Source: a virus
Taxonomy: Duplodnaviria; Caudoviricetes
Reading direction: 5' to 3' (one strand)
IMG/VR virus record: IMGVR_UViG_3300028602_000007
Coordinates: 32,001 to 96,000 of that record
DNA length: 64,000 nucleotides
Below, one piece after another: positions 29,221 through 38,511 of the stretch. How positions within the stretch are numbered: position 1 is the stretch's first letter; the number at the start of each line of letters is the position of its first letter. The translations under genes and the position numbers were made by a program. Under the pieces are notes generated by a model, which worked only from the letters and a program-made list of their open reading frames with translations, had not been told where the DNA came from and ran no database searches.

Positions 29221-29628
29221 ATGAAAAAACTTATATTTGATTATAATAGTTTTGTAAATGAAATGTTTAGGTCTGATTTAAAACCTAGAATTAAAAAAGA
29301 TTTTATAGACCCTAATAAAGTTTATGATTATACTATCGGAAATGCAAAACTTGATCAATTAGTTTCAAATTATAATTTTAAACCAGAAAATCAAAGAATT
29401 AATATTTTACCTAATGATACTGTTCGATTTTATATAACTGAACCTGGTAAATTTACTCATATTAAAAATATAATAAAGAAAAAAATAAACGATGACATTA
29501 AAAAATATAAAATAGAAGATCCAAAAATCGAAATTTATTATAATGTCATTAATGGAATATCAGATAATCCAGAATTATCTCAAAAAGTTGAAATTGTTGG
29601 AGTATTAGCTGCAACTTTTATTGATTAA
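29221..29628 (+). CDS. hypothetical protein with CTS-like N-terminus
   Basis: FDYNSFVNE. Confidence 0.55.
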   Translation: MKKLIFDYNSFVNEMFRSDLKPRIKKDFIDPNKVYDYTIGNAKLDQLVSNYNFKPENQRINILPNDTVRFYITEPGKFTHIKNIIKKKINDDIKKYKIEDPKIEIYYNVINGISDNPELSQKVEIVGVLAATFID

Positions 29629-29645
29629 TAAAATATAATAATATT

Positions 29646-30104
29646 ATGGAAAAAACAATTATTACTGATTATAATACTTTTATAAAAGAAAGATATAATC
29701 GTTCAATTAATGAAAGCTTTGAAGCTGACAATATTGAAAATGACAATACCGAAAACACAGAAGATCTTACAGATGATAATTTAAATAATGAAGAACAATC
29801 CGACTTTGATTATATTAGTAAAGAAGAATTAATCAAGAAAGCAGAAGAATCAGAAGAACCTATCATTATTGTAACAATTACCGAAGATGAGTTAGATGAA
29901 TTTATAAATGAAGTAGACGATGAAATAAAAGATCGTTTTGAAATATTTAAATTTGGCGAACCTACTGAAAATGAGGAAGAAGCTAAAACTGAAAATGATT
30001 TAATGGCTGATAATATTGAAGATAGTAACGAAGAGCTTGAATATTCAAAAACTATTCAAAGTCGATATGGTGCTAACGAATCTGATTTTAATAATGAAGA
30101 TTAA
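29646..30104 (+). CDS. highly acidic protein with CTS-like N-terminus (core-like)
   Basis: TDYNTFIKE...SINE followed by E/D-rich body. Confidence 0.55.
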   Translation: MEKTIITDYNTFIKERYNRSINESFEADNIENDNTENTEDLTDDNLNNEEQSDFDYISKEELIKKAEESEEPIIIVTITEDELDEFINEVDDEIKDRFEIFKFGEPTENEEEAKTENDLMADNIEDSNEELEYSKTIQSRYGANESDFNNED

Positions 30105-30115
30105 TATAAAGAAAA

Positions 30116-31201
30116 ATGGTAGGTGACGGAATAATTGTAGAATCTAAGGTTAGTTTTAAAATAACTTGGGATAATCCAGGTAATAATAAACAGCCTATTT
30201 GGAATCAAAATAAGCAAGAAGTTATTATACACGAATCAGACATATATCCTGATTTAATGTATACTAATATGTTTGGTTTATCTACTTATTATAAATATAC
30301 AAACATTGATAGCTTATTAAATTTAATAAAACGAATAAATTCATATATTGATAATAAGATAGCTGTATCTGAAAATTCAAACAAGTCTATTAAGTCAATA
30401 GCAAATAAAGAATATCCAATAGCAAATAAGGAATATCCAATAGCAAATAAGGAATATCCAATAGCAAATAAGGAATATCCAATAGCAAATAAGGAATATC
30501 CAATAGCAAATAAGGAATATCCAATAGCAAATAAGGAATATCCAATAGCTACAAAAACATCAAATGTTCCTAGCGTACAAAATAGAGGAGGTGTTCCTAG
30601 CGTACAAAATAGAGGAGGTGTTCCTAGCGTACAAAATAGAGGAGGTGTTCCTAGCGTACAAAATAGAGGAGGTGTTCCTAGCTTACCGAATCAATTGATT
30701 CATAAAGATGAGATAACTAATGAACCTCAGCCGATAAACTCGCCAGATGCATCAAATGAATTGTCTGAGTCTTCTAAATATAAAGTTATAGTGTATGGAA
30801 AAGAATTAAATTTTATTGATGCACAATCAAATAATGAAAGCATAGAAGTTAAACATTTTGTTTCTAAAAATTTATATCGTAAAATTAATAATGAAACTAT
30901 TGATAATACTGAAAAAATTTGGATAGAAATAATAACTAAATCTAAAACTTATAAATTTCAAATGTCTGAATTCGGACAAACAGAAGATGGTGTTAATCTA
31001 TTAGTTGAAATATTACCAACAATACAATTAACGATTACACCAAATGAAAATAATAATATTACTAAAAATACAGAAATTGATGACGATATATATTTTAATG
31101 AACTTTCAAAAATTAAAAATTCAGATATAGAAAAAGAAAGATATCGAAAATCAAAAGAAGAAACCGAAAAAATGGCAAAAATGGCAAAATCAATAAAATA
31201 A
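30116..31201 (+). CDS. hypothetical protein with two internal tandem-repeat tracts
   Basis: (IANKEYP)7 and (VPSVQNRGG)4. Confidence 0.6.
   Translation: MVGDGIIVESKVSFKITWDNPGNNKQPIWNQNKQEVIIHESDIYPDLMYTNMFGLSTYYKYTNIDSLLNLIKRINSYIDNKIAVSENSNKSIKSIANKEYPIANKEYPIANKEYPIANKEYPIANKEYPIANKEYPIANKEYPIATKTSNVPSVQNRGGVPSVQNRGGVPSVQNRGGVPSVQNRGGVPSLPNQLIHKDEITNEPQPINSPDASNELSESSKYKVIVYGKELNFIDAQSNNESIEVKHFVSKNLYRKINNETIDNTEKIWIEIITKSKTYKFQMSEFGQTEDGVNLLVEILPTIQLTITPNENNNITKNTEIDDDIYFNELSKIKNSDIEKERYRKSKEETEKMAKMAKSIK
30396..30549 (+). repeat. 21-bp tandem repeat x7.3
   Basis: CAATAGCAAATAAGGAATATC; one synonymous difference, in the first copy. Confidence 0.95.
30565..30682 (+). repeat. 27-bp perfect tandem repeat x4.4
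   Basis: TGTTCCTAGCGTACAAAATAGAGGAGG. Confidence 0.95.
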
Positions 31202-31230
31202 GTAGCTATTAATAAAGTGCCAAGTTCTCT

Positions 31231-31238
31231 AATAAATA
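31231..31238 (+). promoter_or_regulatory. T4-like late promoter for the tail tube gene
   Basis: AATAAATA. Confidence 0.65.
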
Positions 31239-31257
31239 AATAAAAACATAATTACAA

Positions 31258-31860
31258 ATGGCTGGTTTACCACATTTTAAAAATCATACAGCTGGTCCTG
31301 GAAGATATGAACCGATTTATTTAAATCAGTTCGAAGTAATAATTACTCCGCCTCCAGCAATTTCAGAAAAAATTGGATTTCAAAACAATCTTACATTAGA
31401 ACATATTATTAAAGTTGGACCATTACCTGAACTTTCAGGAAATGCAGGCGGCCAATTAGCAACACAAAAATATAAATTCGCTGACCGTGCGTATGCTGCA
31501 GCTCGTCCTGCTACAACATTATCTAAATTTAAAATAGATTTTTCTCTTAACCTTAATGAAGATAATGATAATTACATTTATAATGCATTTAGAGCTTGGT
31601 CTGATTTAATTTATAATCCAATGACTGGCGCACAAGGTTTAAAACGAGATTATGCAGGAAGTACAGCAAATCCAGCAATTGTTCAAGTAACAATATTTAA
31701 TAGAGCAGGACTTATTTTTAGAGATTTTGTATTCAATCCAGTATTCTTAGATTCTGAAAAGTTCAATGAATGGTCACTAGATTATTCAGATGAAGGTATT
31801 GCAACATTATCTGTTCCATTTGTAGCAGATCGATATATTGAAACTCGAATTGGGCAATAA
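31258..31860 (+). CDS. gp19: tail tube protein (gp19-like)
   Basis: 200 aa; NQFEV, FRAWSDLIYNPMTG..GLKRDY, LDYS..IATLSVPF tube motifs; own late promoter (31231-31238). Confidence 0.8.
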   Translation: MAGLPHFKNHTAGPGRYEPIYLNQFEVIITPPPAISEKIGFQNNLTLEHIIKVGPLPELSGNAGGQLATQKYKFADRAYAAARPATTLSKFKIDFSLNLNEDNDNYIYNAFRAWSDLIYNPMTGAQGLKRDYAGSTANPAIVQVTIFNRAGLIFRDFVFNPVFLDSEKFNEWSLDYSDEGIATLSVPFVADRYIETRIGQ

Positions 31861-31877
31861 AATAATTTTTATTCAAA

Positions 31878-32573
31878 ATGGACATGTTTAATGTAAAAAG
31901 AAGAGATTTTCCAAAAACGTCAAACTTTACAGAAATTGACAAACCTCCATTTGGTGGTCCAAATGAAACTGAAAAATTTGATGGAAATACTAGAAAATCT
32001 TTAGATAAATATCAACGAAAAATAGAAAGAAATCATAAAACTGAAGGGCAATTAACAAATCCACAAACTGGAGAAAAAATGTTTCAGCCAAATTATGATA
32101 GCGCATGGAATGCAATGTCTAAAGACAAAGTAAACAGAGATGCAAAAATAAAACCAACAAAAATTATGAATGCAAAATCAACAGTTTTTACAGATAAAGT
32201 AAATGAAAAGGTTCAAATATTAACATTTGATAGATTTGTTAATGAAAATTTTGAAAATGAAGAAGAATTTCAACCTGAGTATATGCAAAATGAAGAAGAA
32301 GATCCTAATTTAGAAAATCAAATGGAAGAGCCTTTAGATACTGCATATGAAGTCGATGAAGAACAATTAGAGTCAGTTATTGAAGAATATGGTGATGACC
32401 TAAATGAAGTTATTGATAAAATTATAGAAGAATTAGAGATTGAAAAAGAAGAAGCTGTTGATTTAATTTGTGCAGCAATTGAAAAATTATGTAAATCTGA
32501 AGAAAATGACGAAGAATTACAAAATACGGAAGATGCTGAATTAAATAATGAAGATAATTTAGAAATGAATTAA
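31878..32573 (+). CDS. hypothetical protein, basic N-half and acidic C-half with internal CTS-like motif
   Basis: VNEKVQILTFDRFVNE at the charge boundary. Confidence 0.5.
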   Translation: MDMFNVKRRDFPKTSNFTEIDKPPFGGPNETEKFDGNTRKSLDKYQRKIERNHKTEGQLTNPQTGEKMFQPNYDSAWNAMSKDKVNRDAKIKPTKIMNAKSTVFTDKVNEKVQILTFDRFVNENFENEEEFQPEYMQNEEEDPNLENQMEEPLDTAYEVDEEQLESVIEEYGDDLNEVIDKIIEELEIEKEEAVDLICAAIEKLCKSEENDEELQNTEDAELNNEDNLEMN

Positions 32574-32588
32574 TACTTTAAATTTTTT

Positions 32589-32619
32589 AAAAAGGAGCAG
32601 GTATTCTGCTCCTTTTTTT
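32589..32619. terminator. bidirectional intrinsic terminator
   Basis: AAAAAGGAGCAG/CTGCTCCTTTTT stem between convergent operons. Confidence 0.9.
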
Positions 32620-32749
32620 ATTTTTGATAAACTTTAACTGATTTGACATACATATTAGATTGAGTTGATCCATTAAATACTCGATTAATACTAACATTTG
32701 AATGTTTCTTTTTTAATAAGTAACGATAATATGATTTTAATTTTAACAT
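32618..32749 (-). CDS. unlisted 43-aa basic ORF (MLKLKSYYRYLLKKKHSNVSINRVFNGSTQSNMYVKSVKVYQK)
   Basis: Fills the gap up to the terminator; preceded by AAGGAGGT and TATAAATA. Confidence 0.45.
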   Translation of the reverse strand: MLKLKSYYRYLLKKKHSNVSINRVFNGSTQSNMYVKSVKVYQK

Positions 32750-32752
32750 AAC

Positions 32753-33157
32753 TTACCTCCTTGTATTTATAATTTTTATAGAATTTGGTATTGTTATAAA
32801 TTCATCTTCTAAATCTAATAAATATGCATCAAAGCTAATAGTTAAATATGTAGCTTTTAAAAAATCTAAAGTATTTAAAATAGTATTAATAGATAGATTT
32901 GTATTTATGTAAATAATTCTTGTATATTTTCTACTTCTAACATTTATTGCCTTATCTAAAATTTTTCGAATTTCATAATTTATTAAAAATGCCTGAATTT
33001 TATTAGGTATCATAATATTATGACCAAATTTATCTTTCATTACTTTATTTACATTTAAAAAATAATCAGATTTGCTCTTTTTTCCAAAAGTATGTACAAA
33101 GTGTTTTTGTTCTTTAACAAAAAGAATATCTAATTCTCTTAATTTTTCATCAATCAT
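32753..33157 (-). CDS. hypothetical protein
   Basis: 134-aa ORF overlapping the dCMP deaminase gene. Confidence 0.6.
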   Translation of the reverse strand: MIDEKLRELDILFVKEQKHFVHTFGKKSKSDYFLNVNKVMKDKFGHNIMIPNKIQAFLINYEIRKILDKAINVRSRKYTRIIYINTNLSINTILNTLDFLKATYLTISFDAYLLDLEDEFITIPNSIKIINTRR

Positions 33158-33605
33158 CCATATCTATTTTTTTAAGTTCAACACCTGCCTTTCTTAAAAA
33201 ATCTAATCCTGTTGTATTTCGGAATTCATTTTTATAAACAACACGCTTAATTCCAGATTGAAATATTAATTTACTACATTCTGGACATGGAGAATATGTT
33301 AAATATAAAGTAGATCCTTCACTATTTTGTGTAGATCTAGCTAATTTTAAAATTGCATTAGCTTCAGCATGTAAAACATACCATTTAGTTTGATACTTAA
33401 TAAGAGTATTATCTTCTGAATATACAGGCTCTTCACATTCATTTTCAAAACCACTAGGTGTTCCATTATATCCATCTGATATAATTGCACCATCTTTAAC
33501 AATTAAAGCACCAACTTTTAAACGTTTAGCATATGATAGAGTTGACCAAGTTTCGGTCATTTTCATATATACTTTATCTAATTTATTTTGCTTGTCTATA
33601 TTCAT
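33150..33605 (-). CDS. cd: dCMP deaminase
   Basis: KVGALIV, GYNGTPSG, HAEANA, SPCPEC zinc motifs. Confidence 0.93.
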   Translation of the reverse strand: MNIDKQNKLDKVYMKMTETWSTLSYAKRLKVGALIVKDGAIISDGYNGTPSGFENECEEPVYSEDNTLIKYQTKWYVLHAEANAILKLARSTQNSEGSTLYLTYSPCPECSKLIFQSGIKRVVYKNEFRNTTGLDFLRKAGVELKKIDMDD

Positions 33606-33608
33606 TTA

Positions 33609-34493
33609 TTATAAAATATTTGAGTAAATCCATTGGTATATGTCTTGACGATCTTCTTCATTTAAAAAAATTAAATACTCAGGATCTCTATTTTCTATAT
33701 GAGAAAATAATGTATTTAAATCATTTGTTGGATGTCCATCTGTGTCTATTAAATCTACAAAAAATTCACCAATCTTAGATGGAATAAATTCATTTTTTAA
33801 CATATTATTTACAACATCATAATGCTTGTCATAAATATGATATGAATCTGCAACATGTGTATATGTACCTAATTCTAAATTTGGATATACTTGTCTTAAG
33901 TGACTTAACATTTGTAATTGTAATGAACAAAAAAACGCAACGTCGGTTGGAGTACCCCAAATTGCATCATTACTCCGTATATTTAATTTTAAATGTAATT
34001 TATTTTCTCTAATGTGAACATTAACATACATTGAACAAACAAAATCTTTATTTTTTGAATATTGATGTCTTGGCATATTAAAATGCATAATTGCTTGTCT
34101 AGTATTTGGATCATTAATTAAAGCTTGTATTGCCCACTGATATTGAGTGTAACCGTGTTCATTTACTATATTAAAAATTAAATTTCCATATGCTGAATTA
34201 CAAGTACCGTCTTCATTTTGTATTTGTTTCCAAAATTTAGCATATTTTGAAATAAAATCAACATCATTTCTTCCTAAATAATACCATAATAATTCAGCTG
34301 AAATATATTTTTTCTTAGACCCTCTAATGTTATTTTCATATAAACATAAACTAGGATCTTCAATCACTAATGCAACATCTAATAATTCTAAACTCGAGGT
34401 TTCTCTAGCTTTATTTTCTATACCATTATCCATTACATATTTTAATGACTCTTTATATGCATCTGCAAAATTTTGTGATTTAAATACTAACAT
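33609..34493 (-). CDS. thymidylate-synthase-family enzyme, dCMP hydroxymethylase (T4 gp42)-like
   Basis: NSAYG, TRQAI, DFVC (catalytic Cys), RSNDAIWGTPTD with Asp at the dCMP-specificity position, SYHIY. Confidence 0.8.
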   Translation of the reverse strand: MLVFKSQNFADAYKESLKYVMDNGIENKARETSSLELLDVALVIEDPSLCLYENNIRGSKKKYISAELLWYYLGRNDVDFISKYAKFWKQIQNEDGTCNSAYGNLIFNIVNEHGYTQYQWAIQALINDPNTRQAIMHFNMPRHQYSKNKDFVCSMYVNVHIRENKLHLKLNIRSNDAIWGTPTDVAFFCSLQLQMLSHLRQVYPNLELGTYTHVADSYHIYDKHYDVVNNMLKNEFIPSKIGEFFVDLIDTDGHPTNDLNTLFSHIENRDPEYLIFLNEEDRQDIYQWIYSNIL

Positions 34494-34526
34494 ATTTTTA
34501 TTATTTTACTATTATTTTAATATTAT

Positions 34527-34553
34527 TTTATATTAAGAAAATTAAATAAGTTT
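34527..34553 (-). promoter_or_regulatory. putative pre-late promoter AAACT-N16-TATAAA
   Basis: One of about 11 copies found before non-structural genes (see findings). Confidence 0.55.
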
Positions 34554-36225
34554 AGGAAATTGTAATATCTGAAAAATGATCAATTTTAGAAACAGATAAT
34601 TTGCGATCAAATAATTCTTCAGGCAACTGTTTATGAGAAATTACAAATATTGTCATTTTATATTTAGTAGAAAAAGTTTTTAATAAATCAACGACTCTAT
34701 ATGTTGTTTCTATATCCAATGATGAAAATATCTCATCTAAAAATAAAAGATTTGTATTTGAATTTTTAAGCTTTATTAATTCAATTATGCTCAATAATAC
34801 AATTAAATTCATTTTCTTTTGTTCCCCAGTAGATAATGAATCAGGTGAAACACTAATACCTAATTGAGTAATAATTGGTTCAAAATTCATATCAAATTCA
34901 AAACTAAATGGAAAATCTAAAATCTTAGAAGTACGTAGAATTTTTTCATTTAATGTTGGAATTACTTGACTCATTAATATTTTTTTAATTCCTCTATCTG
35001 ATAATGCTTCTTCTAACTCTTGTAAAATTTTTAAACGTTGAGACTCTTTCTCTTTTTTTAAAAGATTTTGATTATTTGATTCAGTTAACGAATTAATAAC
35101 ATTATTTAAATAAACAGTTTGATTAGAATCATTAATTGTTTCTTCTAATTCTAAATTTGATAATTCTTGTTTTAATGGAGAAATTAAAGCTTTTATTTGA
35201 TAAAAACGTTCTTTGCTAAAATTCTGTTCTTCACTTTCTTCTTTAATTTTCTTTTTTAATTTATCGAGCTTTATTTGAATTGCTGGAAATTCATTAATTA
35301 ATAAATTTCGTTTTTCAGATAATTCAGTTTTTATTTTAGAATGAGAATCGTCTGTTAATTCAGATAAACAATGTGGACATTTACTATTAGATTCATATAA
35401 CTTCAGTTTTTCATCAATATCATTGATTTTTAAATTGATTGAAGTTTTAATGGAATCAATTTTTGATAATTCCAAGTTAAGGTTATTAATAACTTTTGAA
35501 AAATTATTAAAAGTTTCTTGGTATTTCGCTAAATCTATATTTAGAGTCTTTAATCTTTCTTTAATTTCAGCAATTCTATCTAAATTTGCTTTAAATAAAT
35601 CAGATTTCATTGACTCTAATTGAAGTTTTGAATTTTCTAATGATTTAGAATTAGCAAAAACTGCTGATTCAATAGATGATATCTCAGATTTTATATTTTT
35701 AATATTTTCTCTATTTTTAATAGACATATCATTTACAATTTCTAATCCAAAAATTCTATCTATTATTTTTCGTTTATCTGCTGCACTTAATTTTACAAAA
35801 CTTTTAAAATCATTAACCGATAAACTAATAGTATTTGAAAAAACACTAAATGGCATTTTTGCTAATTGTTCCTCAATAAAATCGTCAATTTTTCTTTTAT
35901 CTGGCAAATTATGATCTTTTTCATTAATTACTAACCTTGAAAAATTTGGATCTATTCCGCGTTCAATTTGAACAAGATCATTCGAATCTGTTATAAATTC
36001 GATATATGTGTATGCATTTTTATTTAAACGATTAGGTAAATCTTTTACTTTGCGTATCGCAGATTTGCCATATATTGAAAATGTTAAAGCATCTGAAATT
36101 GTAGATTTTCCACCACCATTTTTTCCTTCAACTAAAACTAATTCAGGATTATCTGAGAATTCAAAACTCTGCAATTTATCTCCGTAAGAACATAAATTCT
36201 TAAATGATAATAATTTTAATTTCAT
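34552..36225 (-). CDS. gp46: recombination ATPase gp46/SbcC-like
   Basis: GKNGGGKST, CPHC zinc hook, LSTGE signature, LFLDE, ISH. Confidence 0.93.
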   Translation of the reverse strand: MKLKLLSFKNLCSYGDKLQSFEFSDNPELVLVEGKNGGGKSTISDALTFSIYGKSAIRKVKDLPNRLNKNAYTYIEFITDSNDLVQIERGIDPNFSRLVINEKDHNLPDKRKIDDFIEEQLAKMPFSVFSNTISLSVNDFKSFVKLSAADKRKIIDRIFGLEIVNDMSIKNRENIKNIKSEISSIESAVFANSKSLENSKLQLESMKSDLFKANLDRIAEIKERLKTLNIDLAKYQETFNNFSKVINNLNLELSKIDSIKTSINLKINDIDEKLKLYESNSKCPHCLSELTDDSHSKIKTELSEKRNLLINEFPAIQIKLDKLKKKIKEESEEQNFSKERFYQIKALISPLKQELSNLELEETINDSNQTVYLNNVINSLTESNNQNLLKKEKESQRLKILQELEEALSDRGIKKILMSQVIPTLNEKILRTSKILDFPFSFEFDMNFEPIITQLGISVSPDSLSTGEQKKMNLIVLLSIIELIKLKNSNTNLLFLDEIFSSLDIETTYRVVDLLKTFSTKYKMTIFVISHKQLPEELFDRKLSVSKIDHFSDITIS

Positions 36226-36716
36226 TATTTATAATATGTTAATTGTGTACCTTTTTGAATAAAAGAAATTGATTTAAATATTCCAACTTTATCCATAGAA
36301 TTATATTCAAATACTAAATTCGGAGTTTCGCTGATTTCATATAATAAGCTATTTCCTAATAAAAGAACATGTGATTTCGAAGACAATATTGAATCTGTGT
36401 CAACATTTGAAAATAATAATTTAATAAAAGTAGATTCATCAATTTCTCCGCTATTTAAACGGTCTTCTAAATTTAATTCATTAATATAAGAAAAAGATTT
36501 AGCTTCTTCTGATATAATTTTATTATCAATAATAATTATCGGTAAAATACTAGGAACCGCTTTACTTAACATAATTGCATCCTTTTTTGTCATTGAAATA
36601 GTTGGACAAATTTCAATTATTGTATTCGGATTTATATTATCATTTGCATATGCAATAAATTTTCCATTTTTTAAATTTTTAATAGAAACTGCACTATGTA
36701 TAAACGGATTAAACAT
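36225..36716 (-). CDS. degenerate SET-domain-like protein
   Basis: AYANDNINPNTIIEICP; LGNSLLYEISETPN (cf. NHSxxPN); IQKGTQLTYY (cf. GEELTxxY). Confidence 0.6.
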   Translation of the reverse strand: MFNPFIHSAVSIKNLKNGKFIAYANDNINPNTIIEICPTISMTKKDAIMLSKAVPSILPIIIIDNKIISEEAKSFSYINELNLEDRLNSGEIDESTFIKLLFSNVDTDSILSSKSHVLLLGNSLLYEISETPNLVFEYNSMDKVGIFKSISFIQKGTQLTYYK

Positions 36717-37818
36717 ATGACCTTTCCTCCAATATTTGTTTTTTAATTAATAAAAATTCATTAATTACTTTTTCTTTAATATCAATATCATATTCTTTTT
36801 CTTTTAAATAAATTTTAAAAATTTCAGTTAAATCAAACGAATCCTTTATTTTAATAGTATTTGAATTTTTTGTTTTATTTTTAGAATAAGTAAAAAATTC
36901 AAGAGTTCGATGTTTTGAATCAGAAATTAAATCTAAAAAAGTAGGTATTGTTATTTTATTAGCAAAGCTAATATCAATTAGTACATCAATAAAATTATTA
37001 TTAAAAGTTTTAGATATTTCAAGTTTTGACATTTCTAAAATATCATATAAATCCATTTTTATAAATTGTGGAGAATATGTATTCTTAATAAATTGTTCTT
37101 TAAGATCTGAAGAAGTTACATCAATTTTATAAAAGCCTCTAGTATTACCTAAATCTCCTCTATCCATTTGATATGGGGTTCCAGTATATAAGATATTTTT
37201 ATTACTTTGCCTATTATGTAAATGCCCACTATAAATACGAGTATAATCTGAAAAATCTTCTGAGTTTAATCCTTTTTCTACTTTAACCCATTTATTAAAA
37301 TTAAAACCTATAATATCGGTATGACATATTACATAATTACAAAGTTTAACATATTTAGATAAAAGACTTGTCATATACTTTTTATCTTCAATCCAAGGCA
37401 ACATTAAAAAATTATGATTTCCATTAATTGACAATACTTCTGGATTTTCAAAGATATGTATATTACTCGCTAAATCGCTTAATGGTTTTAATGAATGAAT
37501 TTCACGTTTATCTTTATAATAAATGTCATGATTTCCAGTTATTGCGAATACTCCACGCTTAAATTTCTTAGATAGAACTTCAAACAAATCCCTAACTTCA
37601 TTTTGAATTCTAACATTAACAGACTCACGATAATGAAAAATATCTCCTTCAAAAATTAGAATGTCGTGTTCTGGTTCAAAATCTTTTTCTATTTTTTTTA
37701 AAAAAAAATCTATAAAAAAAGATTTTTGTATATTAGACCATTCTAATGAATTATTTCGTATTCCAAAGTGAGTATCTCCTATCAAATAAATATTATGTAT
37801 ATTATCTAATTTTATCAT
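36709..37818 (-). CDS. gp47: recombination nuclease gp47/SbcD-like
   Basis: GDTHFG, GDIFH, GNHD, SGHLH, YTGTPYQ. Confidence 0.92.
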   Translation of the reverse strand: MIKLDNIHNIYLIGDTHFGIRNNSLEWSNIQKSFFIDFFLKKIEKDFEPEHDILIFEGDIFHYRESVNVRIQNEVRDLFEVLSKKFKRGVFAITGNHDIYYKDKREIHSLKPLSDLASNIHIFENPEVLSINGNHNFLMLPWIEDKKYMTSLLSKYVKLCNYVICHTDIIGFNFNKWVKVEKGLNSEDFSDYTRIYSGHLHNRQSNKNILYTGTPYQMDRGDLGNTRGFYKIDVTSSDLKEQFIKNTYSPQFIKMDLYDILEMSKLEISKTFNNNFIDVLIDISFANKITIPTFLDLISDSKHRTLEFFTYSKNKTKNSNTIKIKDSFDLTEIFKIYLKEKEYDIDIKEKVINEFLLIKKQILEERSYV

Positions 37819-38495
37819 TCATACATTTGATTTTTTGGAGATTTATTTAAAAATGAATATTTTTTATCTAATTCTATTAATAAATTTTCTTTATTTTCAT
37901 AAGTTAGCATATCAAACAGTTTCTTGTATTCTAAATTTGTTAAAGAAGATATTGTATCTAATATGTGTATTGAATTAACAAAAGCATTAGAATTATGTGA
38001 ATCTATTAAATATTTACGCAATTCATCAAAAATTTCATTAATTTCAATTTTTGTAAATTTCTTTTTACTACCGTCTTCTGGTTCTTTTAATATTTCTAAA
38101 ATTAATTCAGAATTATCAATAAAATTTGAAATATCTGAACTCATTATGATATTATCAACGAAATCAGATTGCCGATCTTTATTATATTGATCATATTCAG
38201 CAGAACCTGGATCTACTTTTATTTCTGTTCTTACAAAAGAGTCATCCATTTCATCAGAAATAGTTCCCATATTGTAAGAATTATTAAATATCTTATCGTC
38301 TTTTTTTAATATTGAATAAGCTTCCTTTCTTCTTTCTAACTCAGATATTCTATCCTCATCTGTTGGATCATCTAAATATGATGAAACTAGTCTATCATCT
38401 CTATCTTTTCCAGAAATACTTAGTTCTTCTGCAATATCATCAGAATCATCTAAAAAATCATCAGTTAATTCATCATTATCTTCTATGTATTTCAA
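37815..38495 (-). CDS. hypothetical acidic protein (C-terminus weakly reminiscent of late co-activator gp33)
   Basis: 226-aa ORF between gp41 and gp47; helical C-terminus ILDTISSLTNLEYKKLFDMLTYENKE. Confidence 0.4.
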   Translation of the reverse strand: MKYIEDNDELTDDFLDDSDDIAEELSISGKDRDDRLVSSYLDDPTDEDRISELERRKEAYSILKKDDKIFNNSYNMGTISDEMDDSFVRTEIKVDPGSAEYDQYNKDRQSDFVDNIIMSSDISNFIDNSELILEILKEPEDGSKKKFTKIEINEIFDELRKYLIDSHNSNAFVNSIHILDTISSLTNLEYKKLFDMLTYENKENLLIELDKKYSFLNKSPKNQMYE

Positions 38496-38511
38496 AATTA
38501 AATATTTTTTT

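Noticed and set aside
30396-30682. Repeat arrays as a CRISPR array
   Set aside because: Units are head-to-tail with no unique spacers, lengths are multiples of 3 inside an ORF, and there are no cas genes
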